This document shows positions 52,957 to 62,802 of a DNA stretch of 64,000 bases, piece after piece. Positions within the stretch are counted from its first letter, which is position 1. Every line of letters begins with the position of its first letter. This DNA is from Thermoanaerobaculia bacterium (lineage in GTDB: Bacteria > Acidobacteriota > Thermoanaerobaculia > Gp7-AA8), in NCBI GenBank assembly GCA_046260175.1, contig JBHEPS010000001.1:3502-67501 (forward strand), given 5' to 3'. A model generated the notes under the pieces. The model was not told where the DNA came from. It worked only from the letters and a program-made list of their open reading frames with translations, and ran no database searches. Made by a program: the position numbers and the translations under genes.

Positions 52957-53175
52957 TGTCATCCTGAGAGGCTGTGAAAGAAACCAGAGGGGCAGCGGGG
53001 CTTTTTTCTTGTCATCCTGAGGAGGCGCAGCCGACGAAGGAACTCAAAATGCGAGGATCGCGTTGGCCAGGGCGGGGGAAACGCGCGGGTGGCAGGATCC
53101 TGCCATTTTGAGATCCTTCGGTCGCGCTCGCGATTGTCGTGAAGTGATACTTCGGCGCGGCGCTCCCTCAAGATG
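52945..53175. repeat. Structured intergenic element: a direct duplication GGGGCTTTTT(T)CTTGTCATCCTGAG(A/G)GG (52945-52972 and 52997-53025), then an 17-bp palindrome pair CTCAAAATGCGAGGATC / GATCCTGCCATTTTGAG (53033-53111), then an inverted match of TCATCCTGAGG as CCTCAAGATGA at 53166-53176 that overlaps the pyrF stop
   Basis: All of the repeats are seen directly in the sequence. No ORF with a plausible RBS is present. It is a candidate sRNA, a decayed MITE, or a terminator duplication. Confidence 0.5.
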
Positions 53176-53896
53176 ACGGGCGCGAGATCGATGCGATGAG
53201 CGACACCGCGGCCTCGCGGCGATTCGGAGCATCGATGATCGGCCTGCCCACGACGATGTAATCGGCGCCGGCTTCCACCGCTTCCCGCGCCGACAGCGTC
53301 CGCGCCTGGTCGCCCGCCGCTTCGCTCGCGGTCCGAATCCCGGGCGTGATGATTTTCAGGCTCTCACCGCACGCACGGCGGATCGCGACGATCTCCCGGG
53401 GCGATGCGACGACCCCGCCCGCCCCACCATCCATCGCCAGATGAGCCAGACGGATTACCGCAGCTTCCGCCCCATCCCGCATGCCGATTCGTTCGAGCGA
53501 TTGCCCGTCGAGGCTGGTGAGCACCGTAACTCCGAGAATCATGAGCGATCCGCCGGAGCTCCTCGCGGCATCCGAGGCGGCCCGGATCATTTCCTCTCCT
53601 CCGGATGCGTGAATCGTCAGCATCGCAGCGCCGAGGCGCGCAGCTTCCTCTACGCTCTTCCTCACGGTATTCGGGATGTCGTGAAGCTTCAGATCGAGGA
53701 AAACCCGTTCGCCGCGATCGGAGATCTCGCGCACCAGAGATGGCCCGTTCGCGACGAACGACTGCAACCCGATCTTGAACAGACCGGCGAGGCCCGAGAG
53801 CTCGTCGACGATGTCGAGGATCTCGAGACGGTTGGAGCGGTCGAGAGCGACGATGAGGCGGTCCGAAGGTTTCATCAGCGAAGGATGATAAACCAC
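53168..53896 (-). CDS. pyrF: Orotidine 5'-phosphate decarboxylase
   Basis: LIVALD...FLDLKLHDIPNTV...IHASGG motifs of type 1 OMP decarboxylase. Confidence 0.85.
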   Translation of the reverse strand: MVYHPSLMKPSDRLIVALDRSNRLEILDIVDELSGLAGLFKIGLQSFVANGPSLVREISDRGERVFLDLKLHDIPNTVRKSVEEAARLGAAMLTIHASGGEEMIRAASDAARSSGGSLMILGVTVLTSLDGQSLERIGMRDGAEAAVIRLAHLAMDGGAGGVVASPREIVAIRRACGESLKIITPGIRTASEAAGDQARTLSAREAVEAGADYIVVGRPIIDAPNRREAAVSLIASISRPSS

Positions 53897-53913
53897 CGGG
53901 CAGAGCAGACTTC

Positions 53914-55665
53914 TTGCAGAATGATCCTTCGATGAGCGACCGCCGGGCCATCGCGAGGGTTCTCGAGGAGATTGCGCGCAGGCTCGCGATTTCCGAGTCG
54001 AATCCGTTCAAGGCGAGGGCGTACGAAAAGGCGGCCCGGGTTGTGGCCGGGGCCACCGGGCCAGTCGAGGAATGGATCGCCTCCGGCGAGATGGAGAAGA
54101 CGCCCGGCATCGGGAAGGCGACGGCCGGAGTGATTCGCGAGCTCGCTTCAACGGGACGCTCCAGCTATCTCGAGGAACTGCGGGGAGCGCAGCCCGAGGG
54201 TTTGCTCGAGCTGTTGAGAGTCCCCGGCCTCGGAGCGAAGAAGATCGCGATTCTCCAGGAGGCGCTCGGGATCGACAGCCGCGAAGCGCTGGAAGAGGCG
54301 GCGTCCTCCGGGCGAATCGCATCGGTGCGCGGGTTCGGTCCGCGAGGGCAGCAGAAAATTCTCGATTCCCTGCGGGAGGTTCGCGAGACGGGTGATCGAT
54401 GGCTTCTCCCCATGGCCCTCGACGTCGCCGAGGCTCTCCGGCTCGCAATCTCGAAGGTTCCCGCGGTCGACGCGGTCGAGATCGCTGGCAGCGTCAGGCG
54501 GCGGCTCGAGACCGTCGCAGAGATAGAACTGCTCGTCGTCTCCAGCCGACATTCGGCGGCGATCGCCGGGATCCGCCGGCTCGGGATTCTGGGCACGCTC
54601 GAGGCGGAAGGGGAGGTGCTCCGTGGCAGGGGAGCGGGAGAGATCCCGGTGCGGATCACGGTATCGGAGTGGGAGGAAGCGGGACTACGCCTGCTCCTCA
54701 CGACCGGATCGGAGGAGTTCGTCCGCAAAGTGGAGGAGCTCGCGCGGGGAACGAGCGGAGGGCGTGGTTCGGAGGGGGGTATCGGAAGGAAGAGTCTGGG
54801 AGCGGCCGAGAAGAGCGCGTTCAAGGCGCTCGGGATTCCGTTCGTCCCTCCGGAGTTGCGCGAGAGTGCCGAGTCGGCCGGCCGGCGAACTCCGTCGAAG
54901 CTGGTCAGCGCGCGAGACATCAAGGGAGTCTTTCACGTCCACACACTCTATTCGGACGGACGAGCCCCGGTCGCGGAGATGGTGGATGCCGCGGTCGAGC
55001 GTTCATGGCAGTACGTCGGCATTTCGGATCACTCGCAGGCGGCGTATTACGCGCGCGGCTTGAAGGTAGAAGATCTGAGAAGCCAGCAGAGTGAGATCGA
55101 CGAGGCCGCGCGGGCCCGGCCCGGTATCCATGTCTTCAAGGGAACCGAGGCGGACATCCTCGCCGCCGGCGAGATCGACTACGGGACCGAAATTCTGGCC
55201 GGATTCGATTTCGTCGTCGCGTCCGTCCACTCACGGTTCGGGATGGAGAAGGACGAGATGACCGAACGGATCGTCCGTGCCCTCCGCAACCCATTCGTCA
55301 CCTTCCTTGGCCACATGACGGGACGGTTGCTGCTCGAGAGGAAAGGGTACTCGGTGGATTTCGACCGAGTGTTCGATGCGGCGGCTGAGACGGGAGTGAT
55401 GATCGAGATCAACGGCAGTCCCAGGCGGCTCGACCTCGACTGGCGCTGGATGAAACGGGCGCTCGATCGCGGAGTGACGTTCTCCATCCATCCCGACGCG
55501 CACTCGGTCGAGGAGATGAGGTACGTCGAGTGGGGATGCTTCGCTGCCCGCAAGGGTGGTCTGGAGCCGGCGCACGTGTTCAATACGAGAGAGGTCGACC
55601 AGGTGCGCGTTCACCTCGCGAAGAGGAAGCGCCAGGCGGTGCGACAGGGAAAATCGCCCGTCTGA
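53914..55665 (+). CDS. polX: DNA polymerase X family protein with a C-terminal PHP phosphoesterase domain
   Basis: N-terminal HhH (GIGKATAGVIREL; GLGAKKIAILQEALGI). Pol beta-like palm. PHP motifs (VFHVHTLYSDGRA; GISDHSQAAYYA). Confidence 0.85.
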   Translation: MQNDPSMSDRRAIARVLEEIARRLAISESNPFKARAYEKAARVVAGATGPVEEWIASGEMEKTPGIGKATAGVIRELASTGRSSYLEELRGAQPEGLLELLRVPGLGAKKIAILQEALGIDSREALEEAASSGRIASVRGFGPRGQQKILDSLREVRETGDRWLLPMALDVAEALRLAISKVPAVDAVEIAGSVRRRLETVAEIELLVVSSRHSAAIAGIRRLGILGTLEAEGEVLRGRGAGEIPVRITVSEWEEAGLRLLLTTGSEEFVRKVEELARGTSGGRGSEGGIGRKSLGAAEKSAFKALGIPFVPPELRESAESAGRRTPSKLVSARDIKGVFHVHTLYSDGRAPVAEMVDAAVERSWQYVGISDHSQAAYYARGLKVEDLRSQQSEIDEAARARPGIHVFKGTEADILAAGEIDYGTEILAGFDFVVASVHSRFGMEKDEMTERIVRALRNPFVTFLGHMTGRLLLERKGYSVDFDRVFDAAAETGVMIEINGSPRRLDLDWRWMKRALDRGVTFSIHPDAHSVEEMRYVEWGCFAARKGGLEPAHVFNTREVDQVRVHLAKRKRQAVRQGKSPV

Positions 55666-55695
55666 CCGCGATCGATTGAAACGATCGCGGTCAGA
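55661..55695. terminator. Perfect 13-bp-stem hairpin (TCTGACCGCGATCG-ATTGAAA-CGATCGCGGTCAGA) between convergent polX and the minus-strand periplasmic gene. It has no U tract and is a possible bidirectional terminator
   Basis: Seen in the sequence. The polX stop codon lies inside the 5' stem. Confidence 0.45.
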
Positions 55696-55708
55696 ACGGA
55701 CGCGGCGT

Positions 55709-56386
55709 TCACTCCGACTGTTCGCCGCGCAGCACGATCATCAGGGCGCGTGTGCTGCCGGGATCTCGCGAGGCACCGAGGGCAACTGTCTGACCGAGAC
55801 GGAGGTTGATGGAGGTCTTGAGCAGCTGCTGGAGCTCGCCGCCGCGCTGGGGGACGCGTGAGAGCTTGAAGTCCTCGAGCCGCAGCGAGCGGCTGAGGGG
55901 ATCGTACTCTCCGAGGCGGAACTCGGCTCGATAGCCGCCGTCAATATCGATCAGGACCGGAGTACCCTCGCGGCCGGAGGTGACCAGCTCGCCGATCTTC
56001 TCGAACTGGTTGAAGCGAAGAACGCCGCCGAGCTTGGAGGAAATCTCCTTCAGATCGGGAGGGACGGGTGGGGGGTTCTGTGAAGTGGAAGCGGAGACGA
56101 GCTTGAGGTCGATCGTGAAGCTCTTTGCCGGAGCGTCATATTCGCCGAGGATGCGGGCGACGTCTCCGAGCCGCTCGGGGAGATCGGTCACGACGAGCGT
56201 ATTGGTCGAGGGCTGGATCGAGACCGAACCCTTGTCGGAGATGAGCGGCTTGATCACGACGGCGGCTCGGCTCGCGTCGCGGAACTGAAGCTGGAACGAG
56301 CGCGCGGCTACCGACTCGGCGGCATCGGCGTAGAGGCCGGCGGCGCAGAATGTGATCAGGAAGAGAGTGGCCAGAGATTTCTTCAT
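55709..56386 (-). CDS. Periplasmic hypothetical lipoprotein or secreted protein, third gene of the ECF sigma/anti-sigma operon
   Basis: Signal peptide MKKSLATLFLITFCAAGLYA. The ATGA overlap with the anti-sigma gene fixes the start at 56386. The 367-aa six-frame extension is rejected. Confidence 0.45.
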   Translation of the reverse strand: MKKSLATLFLITFCAAGLYADAAESVAARSFQLQFRDASRAAVVIKPLISDKGSVSIQPSTNTLVVTDLPERLGDVARILGEYDAPAKSFTIDLKLVSASTSQNPPPVPPDLKEISSKLGGVLRFNQFEKIGELVTSGREGTPVLIDIDGGYRAEFRLGEYDPLSRSLRLEDFKLSRVPQRGGELQQLLKTSINLRLGQTVALGASRDPGSTRALMIVLRGEQSE

Positions 56387-56886
56387 AGGTCCGCCGGCAG
56401 CGACTCGTCGAATACCATCACGATGAGGAAGTCGCTCGATGTCTCGGCTGCCAGCTCCACGATCGTGGCGCCAGCCGAGTCGTAACTTTCGATGGTCGGC
56501 CGATCCATGGACGCGACGATCGCGGTGGGGGCCGAGGGAGAGACGGGATGAACCACGGGATCCATGCCCTGCCATAGAGCGATGGAACCGACTCCGAGCA
56601 CGAGCGCCGCTGCCGCCGACCAGCGGAGGGCGAAGGGGATGCGCCTGGGCGAGGCCTTCAGCTCGCGCTCCGACTCGCGCAGATGGATCTGCTGCATGAC
56701 GCCATGCGTGAATGCGTCGAGGCCTTCGGGAGGGAGAATCTCTCCACCGCCGAGAACCCGAAAGAGAAGATCGGAATCGAGCTCGACTCCGGCGGCCATG
56801 CAGGCGTCGCATCCCCGGAGGTGGTCGCGGGTCTCGGCGTCATCAACGCCTGCGCGAATGTTTTCGATGAAATCGGCGCACTTCAT
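56383..56886 (-). CDS. Anti-sigma factor (zf-HC2 type) with one TM helix
   Basis: N-terminal H/C motif (DHLRGCDACM). TM helix AAAALVLGVGSIALW. It overlaps both neighbouring genes by 4 nt. Confidence 0.6.
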   Translation of the reverse strand: MKCADFIENIRAGVDDAETRDHLRGCDACMAAGVELDSDLLFRVLGGGEILPPEGLDAFTHGVMQQIHLRESERELKASPRRIPFALRWSAAAALVLGVGSIALWQGMDPVVHPVSPSAPTAIVASMDRPTIESYDSAGATIVELAAETSSDFLIVMVFDESLPADL

Positions 56887-57512
56887 TTCTGACTCCGCTC
56901 CCGCAACAGGCTCGCGTACTCGGGGTAGCGCCGCTTCAGCTCCTGCTGCATCAGCTTCCGGGCGTTGAACAAGTGGTTTCGGACCGTCGACTCACGGCAG
57001 CCGAGAACCCGGCTGATCTCGGCTGACGAGAGATCTTCCATCTCCCGCATGACGAAGATCGTCTTCTGTTTCGGAGAGAGGACCGACGAAACGTCAGCGA
57101 AGACGCGCCCGATCTCCTTGCGCTGGAGCGAGACGCCCTGATCCGCGTCCGAGGTCGTTTTCACCAGTCGCAGGTTCGAGTTCACGGCCGCGTCTCTCGA
57201 CTGCCTGCTTCGCAGCCAGTCGATCGCGACGTTCGTCACCATCCGGTACATCCAGGTGTCGAAAGCAAAGGCCGGATCGTAGCGCTCGAGGTTTTCCCAC
57301 AGCTTCACGAAGGCGAGCTGGGAGACGTCCCGCGCATCTTCCGGATTCGAAGTCAGCCGGTAGCAGATCGCATAGACCTTCCCGGTCTTCCGGCGGACGA
57401 GCGTCTCGAAAGCGTCCGTGTTTCCGCCGCAGATCGTCGCGACCAGCTCGCGATCGTCCGGTTCCGGAGTTCCCTCTGTTTCCTTCATCAATCGGACCAG
57501 TGCGCCCATCAT
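56883..57512 (-). CDS. ECF RNA polymerase sigma factor
   Basis: Region 2 (VSQLAFVKLWENLERYDPAFAFDTWMYRMVTNVAIDWLR) and region 4 HTH (LSSAEISRVLGCRESTVRNHLFNARKLM). Confidence 0.85.
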   Translation of the reverse strand: MMGALVRLMKETEGTPEPDDRELVATICGGNTDAFETLVRRKTGKVYAICYRLTSNPEDARDVSQLAFVKLWENLERYDPAFAFDTWMYRMVTNVAIDWLRSRQSRDAAVNSNLRLVKTTSDADQGVSLQRKEIGRVFADVSSVLSPKQKTIFVMREMEDLSSAEISRVLGCRESTVRNHLFNARKLMQQELKRRYPEYASLLRERSQK

Positions 57513-57746
57513 GGACCTATACGGCTCGGGAGGCTCGAGCGTCTAGGACCTCTTCCCCCCGGGCCGGCCGCCCACCCTCCCGGGCAGGCGCGTGTTGCGC
57601 CCTTCGCTGAAAAACCCCTAGAATCGCGTAAACCTTTCCACGAGGGTTTTTTACCCGCCAGGCTCGCGCCTGGGCCCGGTGGGGCGGCAGCAGCCGGGTG
57701 ATCCCGATGCCTCGGCGCCGGGGGCCGGCTCAAAAAGGGAGAGTGA

Positions 57747-59021
57747 ATGCGCGTTCTGGTGATCGGTCAGGGTGGACGGGAACACGCCCTCTGCTGGAAG
57801 CTTCGCCAGTCTCCCTCGGTCACCGAGCTCTACGCAGCCCCGGGCAACGCGGGAATGGCAGAGCTCGCGGACTGCGTCAACATCGGGGTGGCCGACATCA
57901 TCGAGCTCGCCGATTTCGCCGAGCAGTTGAAGATTGACCTGACCATCGTCGGCCCCGAGCTTCCCTTGACCCTCGGCATCGTCGACGAGTTCCGAAAGAG
58001 GGGACTGCTCGTCTTCGGGCCGACCCGCCACGCCGCCGAGCTGGAGGGATCGAAGGTCTTTTCGAAAGAGTTCATGCGCAAGTACGCGATTCCGACCGGA
58101 GCCGCGCAGGTTTGCTCGGGGCTGGACGAGGCGCTCTCGGCGGCGAAAAAGGGGAAGTGGCCGAAGGTCATCAAGGTCGACGGGCTCGCCTCCGGAAAGG
58201 GCGTCTTCATTGTGAAGACCGCACAGGAAGCGAAGGCTACGATCGAGGAGCTGTTCCAGTCCCGCAAGTTCGGCATGGCCGGCGACCGGGTCCTGATCGA
58301 AGATTTCCTGGAGGGTGAGGAGGTCTCGTTCCTGGTGCTGACCGACGGCAAGAAGGTCGCCCCGCTGGCGCCGACCAAGGATTACAAACAGGCGTTCGAC
58401 GGCGACCAGGGGCCGAATACCGGGGGAATGGGGTCGCATTCACCGGCAGGGGTTCTCTCCTCCGAAATGGCCGCCGAGATTCTGAAGACCGTGGTGCTTC
58501 CGACGATCCAGGGGATGGCGGCGGAGGGGCGCACCTACACCGGAGTCCTGTATGTCGGACTGATGCTCACCGCCGAGGGGCCGCGGGTTCTCGAGTACAA
58601 CTGCCGCTTCGGAGACCCCGAGACGCAGGTTCAGATGCTCAGGCTCGACAGCGACCTCGCGGAAATCTTTCACCAGGTCGCGCGGGGAGAGCTTACCGAT
58701 ACGAAGCTCTCCTGGAAGAAGGAGGCCGCTGCCTGTGTCGTGGTCGCCGTGGAGGGCTACCCGGACGACTTCTCGAAGGGTGCCGAGATCACGATCGATC
58801 CGATCGATGATCCGTCGGTGGTGATCTTCCATGCGGGCACGAATATCGAAGGCGGGAAAGTGGTGACCACGGCCGGCCGGGTGCTCAACGTATGCGCGCG
58901 CGATGCATCTCTTGGCGAGGCCTTGAGAAAAGCGTACGCAGCCTGCGCGAAAGTTCACTTCGAGGGGGCGCGCTATCGCGGCGATATCGGAGCGCGCGTC
59001 GTTGAGCAGCGGCGCGGCTGA
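57747..59021 (+). CDS. purD: Phosphoribosylamine--glycine ligase
   Basis: MRVLVIGQGGREHAL N-terminus, the ATP-grasp core, and a 424-aa length. Confidence 0.9.
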   Translation: MRVLVIGQGGREHALCWKLRQSPSVTELYAAPGNAGMAELADCVNIGVADIIELADFAEQLKIDLTIVGPELPLTLGIVDEFRKRGLLVFGPTRHAAELEGSKVFSKEFMRKYAIPTGAAQVCSGLDEALSAAKKGKWPKVIKVDGLASGKGVFIVKTAQEAKATIEELFQSRKFGMAGDRVLIEDFLEGEEVSFLVLTDGKKVAPLAPTKDYKQAFDGDQGPNTGGMGSHSPAGVLSSEMAAEILKTVVLPTIQGMAAEGRTYTGVLYVGLMLTAEGPRVLEYNCRFGDPETQVQMLRLDSDLAEIFHQVARGELTDTKLSWKKEAAACVVVAVEGYPDDFSKGAEITIDPIDDPSVVIFHAGTNIEGGKVVTTAGRVLNVCARDASLGEALRKAYAACAKVHFEGARYRGDIGARVVEQRRG

Positions 59022-59135
59022 TCGTCCGGTTCGCTGAATCGGGCCCCCGGGACCGGCCGCCGCCGGGCGCGGCATCTGACCGCAGGCGCATACGGCGGCC
59101 GCGTGAGCGGTTGACGGACGCGGGACGATTCCAGG

Positions 59136-60065
59136 ATGGGCAAATTTCACAGCGGTCCTGAACGGAGAACACGAACGAGCAGAAAGCTCGTGATCGCGAC
59201 GATTGCGACTGTTCTGTTCTTCGGTATCGAGCTCGCTGCGGGCCTGATCGCCAACTCGCTCGCCCTGATCGGCGACGCCTTCCACAACATCACCGACGCG
59301 TTCGCCCTCGTGCTGGCCCTCGTCGCCGTGAGTATCGCGCGTCGTCCCGCGACGGCCCGAAAATCCTTCGGCTACCGCAAGGCCGGGATCCTCGCGGCCT
59401 TCCTCAACGCCGCGATGCTGATCGCGCTGACGGTGATCGTGATCATCGAGGCGATCAGGCGCCTGCGGGAGCCCGAGCCGGTGGAGGGGGCGTGGATGAT
59501 CGGGGTTGCCCTCGTCGGGATCGTCTACAACTTTGGTGTGACCCTCTGGCTGATGAAGGAGGGGCGGAGGGATATCAACGTCCGGGGCGCGATGCTCCAC
59601 ATGCTCGGAGACGGTATCTCATCGGTGGGCGTGGTCGTCGCAGCGCTGCTGATCGGCTGGACGGGAACGACGATCTGGGATCCGCTCGTATCGATCCTGA
59701 TCGGCGTCGTCATCTTCTGGACGTCGTGGGGCATTCTGAAAGAGACGGTCAACCTGCTGCTCGAAGGGACTCCGCAGGGACTCGATCCGGAGCGGGTGAC
59801 GGTGGATCTTGCGGCCGATCCGGAAGTATTTGGCGTCCATCACCTCCACATCTGGGCGCTGGGGCCGGCGTCCCCGGCGCTGTCGTGTCACCTGTTGATG
59901 GGTGACGTCACGCTGCGGAGCGCGGGCGAGGTGCTCGATCGGGTGAATGCGATGCTGGCGGAGCGGTACGGCATTCAGCACACCACGATTCAGATCGAGG
60001 CAGCGGCATGTGCCGAGGACGATCCCGACTGCATCCCCTGCGAAGCGACGGTTCAGGGTCTTTGA
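59136..60065 (+). CDS. czcD: Cation diffusion facilitator family divalent-metal efflux transporter
   Basis: Six TM helices with HxxxD motifs (AFHNITDAF; LHMLGDGISS) and the C-terminal cytoplasmic domain. Confidence 0.8.
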   Translation: MGKFHSGPERRTRTSRKLVIATIATVLFFGIELAAGLIANSLALIGDAFHNITDAFALVLALVAVSIARRPATARKSFGYRKAGILAAFLNAAMLIALTVIVIIEAIRRLREPEPVEGAWMIGVALVGIVYNFGVTLWLMKEGRRDINVRGAMLHMLGDGISSVGVVVAALLIGWTGTTIWDPLVSILIGVVIFWTSWGILKETVNLLLEGTPQGLDPERVTVDLAADPEVFGVHHLHIWALGPASPALSCHLLMGDVTLRSAGEVLDRVNAMLAERYGIQHTTIQIEAAACAEDDPDCIPCEATVQGL

Positions 60066-60111
60066 GGCTGGACCCGATCCGATGTTCGTTTCTTCCGGGT
60101 GAGGGGGTCTC

Positions 60112-61470
60112 TCAGGCTGGACGGCGCGCCGCTACCGGAGGCGCCTGCGGGCCGACCACTCGGTTGCGTCCCTCTTCCTTGGCCGCGTAAAGGCGGCGGT
60201 CCGCAGCCGCGAAGAGGCTCGCCGCATCTTCCCCGTCCTCGGGATAGAGCGCTCCGCCGATGCTGCAGGTAATGGAAGCGCGGTCCGCGATCGCGGGCAT
60301 TGCCTCGACGGCGGACCGGACGCGCTCGGCGGTGACGGCGAGCGGCTCGGCATCGATCTCCCGGAGCAGGGCGACGAATTCCTCTCCGCCGTACCGGGCC
60401 GCGAAGTCGACGTCGCGCAGGTTGGCGGCAATCGTCTTCGCGAAATCGACGAGAGCGTCGTTGCCGGCGAGGTGGCCGAAGCGGTCGTTGAACTTCTTGA
60501 AATGGTCGATGTCGAAGACCAGCAGGCCAAACGAGTGCTGGCGCCGCGCGGCCGAGCGAATCTCCTTTTCGAGCTCTTCCTCGAACGCCCGGAAATTCGA
60601 AAGCCCGGTGAGCCCGTCGGTGCGCGAGAGCTCCTCGAGGCGCGCATCCCGCTGCGCGAGCGCGGAGACCATGCGGTTGAAATCGTGAGCCAGCAGCGCG
60701 ATCTCGCGATCCCCGGCGATCGGAACGCGCTCGTCCGCTTTTTCCTGGCTGGCGATTCGCGTCGCCGTGCGGGAGAGCTGCTCGATCGGACGCACGATCT
60801 TGACGAGAGCGATCCGGGCGAGCGCGATGGTCACGACGGCGATCATCCAGGTGACGCCGAGCGCGGTGAGCATCAGGCCGTCGGTACTCTGCTCGACGGA
60901 GCGCAAACCGACTTTCGCGTTCCTGTGGAGGCGGCGGTTCGAATCCATCGCCGCCACGATGATCGCATCCGACGCGCTCTTCAGGTGGGCTGAGATCCTC
61001 TCCCTCTCCTCCGGGGATGCCTCACTCCATCGGAGGGAAGTATCGCCGGCGAGACGGTCGAAATCCGCGATCAGCCCTGGGAGGCTTCCGAGGTCGGCTT
61101 CGCGAAGCTCGTCGGACTCGAGGAGCTCCCGTGTCGAGCGGTAGCGGTCGGCGAGGTCGCGGACCGAGAACGGTTCGCCCTTCTCCATCGCTCGCCAGCG
61201 ATCGTTCCAGGAGGACTGGCTCCCCGCAACCTGCTCGAGAGCGGCGGCGGCATAAAGGTCGCGGAAGACCACCGAGCTCAGCTCCTTCTGCGTTTCGCGC
61301 GCGCGCCACGTCAGAAGGAACGCGACCAGCACGAGCAGCACACCCCAGACGACCGAGAAGAGCAGGATTCTCGTGCGGATTCTCGTCCTGCGGAGAATAC
61401 CCTCGTCCGGGCTGTCGGCTGCCGGCGCGGCCGGACTCTCGCCGCGATCCTCTGGTCTCCTCTGGAGCAT
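60112..61470 (-). CDS. Membrane-anchored diguanylate cyclase (TM, HAMP-like segment, GGDEF). Start set at 61470 (MLQRRPE...); the upstream ATG at 61542 would abut the divergent glycerate kinase start
   Basis: GGDEF motif (RYGGEEFVALL), inhibitory I-site RxxD, and an N-terminal TM helix ILLFSVVWGVLLVLVAFLL. Confidence 0.75.
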   Translation of the reverse strand: MLQRRPEDRGESPAAPAADSPDEGILRRTRIRTRILLFSVVWGVLLVLVAFLLTWRARETQKELSSVVFRDLYAAAALEQVAGSQSSWNDRWRAMEKGEPFSVRDLADRYRSTRELLESDELREADLGSLPGLIADFDRLAGDTSLRWSEASPEERERISAHLKSASDAIIVAAMDSNRRLHRNAKVGLRSVEQSTDGLMLTALGVTWMIAVVTIALARIALVKIVRPIEQLSRTATRIASQEKADERVPIAGDREIALLAHDFNRMVSALAQRDARLEELSRTDGLTGLSNFRAFEEELEKEIRSAARRQHSFGLLVFDIDHFKKFNDRFGHLAGNDALVDFAKTIAANLRDVDFAARYGGEEFVALLREIDAEPLAVTAERVRSAVEAMPAIADRASITCSIGGALYPEDGEDAASLFAAADRRLYAAKEEGRNRVVGPQAPPVAARRPA

Positions 61471-61541
61471 GGCCGTTAGGATGAGGATAGCGGCACGGGG
61501 TCGTTTCGGCCAGCCGTTCGACCGAACACGGGTTTCCACCA

Positions 61542-62744
61542 TTGAGACACTCGCTCACAGACATCTACCTCGAGAGCCTGCGAAGGGTCGATCCCGCCGC
61601 CCGGATCGCGGAGCGATGGATCCGTGAGCCTCATCGCGGCCCTGCAATTCTTCTCGGCAAATGCGCGCGCAGAATGGCCGAGGGTCTCGCGCGGGCGGGA
61701 TGGAGCGATCGCGGCCTCGTGGTGGTTCCTCGCGGCTATGAAGGCGACGGGGACTGGCCGCCGGGGTTCGAGGTCCATCTCGGCTCTCATCCAATGATGG
61801 ACGAGGCGAGCTTCAACGCGGGAGATTCACTCTTCGCTTTCGCCTCGGCGCTCGAGCGTCCGGCGCTGGTTCTCATCTCGGGAGGCTCGTCCGCCTGCGT
61901 CGAAAAACCGGTCGATGGAATCAGCGCTGAGGATCTCGCCGAGATCAACCATCACCTGGTGAGGGCGGGCATTCCGATCGATCAGATCAACGCGGTTCGC
62001 AAGCACCTCTCGAGTATCAAGGGCGGGCGCCTCGCGCACCTTCTTCCTACTGGGAGCCGGTCGTGGATCTGGTCCGACGTTCCTCCGGGGCGTGCGGACC
62101 TCGTCGGATCCGGTCCGATGTCTGCCGACCCGAGCTCGCTCGAGGAGGCGGCCGCGATCCTCGACACCATCGGCAGCGGAATCGCTCGAGAGGTCGCGCA
62201 GAGACTTCGATCGGGCGCGATTCCCGAGACGCCCTCGACGATGGATGCGGAGCCGGAGCTGCTCGCGGATAATCGAACCCTTCTCGAGGCGGCCACCGCC
62301 GTCGCACGCGAGAGGGGAATCGGCACGACCGTCGACTTCAGTCAGCTCGATGACGACGTGGAAACCGTGGCCGGGCGAATCGTCTTCGAGATCGAGCGAC
62401 TCGAGCCGGGGACACTCGCGATCCGGGGGGGAGAGCCGACGGTGAGCGTGAGGGGCGAGGGACGAGGAGGGCGATGCAGCGAACTCGCCCTCCGGGCGCT
62501 GCGGCTCGCAGAAGCGCGCGGGCTGGCTTCGTTCGAGGTCCTGGTCGGCTCTTCGGACGGGATCGACGGGAACAGCGGCGCGGCGGGCTATCTGGTGCGA
62601 GCAGGGGTCGGGCTGAGGGAGAAAATCGACCGGGCGCTGGCGGTCTCGGACGCCCATACGCTCGCCGCCGAGGCGGGAGCGGCCATCTTCACGGGGGCGA
62701 CGGGCAATAACCTACGCGATATCATAGTGATGGCGCGGGGTTAG
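61542..62744 (+). CDS. Glycerate 2-kinase (MOFRL/DUF4147 family)
   Basis: LVLISGGSSACVEKP, HLSSIKGGRLAHL and a C-terminal MOFRL-like segment (VLVGSSDGIDGNSGAAGYLV). Confidence 0.7.
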   Translation: MRHSLTDIYLESLRRVDPAARIAERWIREPHRGPAILLGKCARRMAEGLARAGWSDRGLVVVPRGYEGDGDWPPGFEVHLGSHPMMDEASFNAGDSLFAFASALERPALVLISGGSSACVEKPVDGISAEDLAEINHHLVRAGIPIDQINAVRKHLSSIKGGRLAHLLPTGSRSWIWSDVPPGRADLVGSGPMSADPSSLEEAAAILDTIGSGIAREVAQRLRSGAIPETPSTMDAEPELLADNRTLLEAATAVARERGIGTTVDFSQLDDDVETVAGRIVFEIERLEPGTLAIRGGEPTVSVRGEGRGGRCSELALRALRLAEARGLASFEVLVGSSDGIDGNSGAAGYLVRAGVGLREKIDRALAVSDAHTLAAEAGAAIFTGATGNNLRDIIVMARG

Positions 62745-62802
62745 CAGGCGCTGCTGCGGGTCTCCGGAGAGCGTCACGCGTTCCGGCTCCCGCCGAAATC
62801 GG

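Noticed and set aside
57513-57746. A confident ZTP riboswitch call for the purD leader
   Set aside because: Only the 9-mer CGCCUGGGC matches. The 5' pseudoknot partner sequence is not evident. It is kept as a low-interest finding only.
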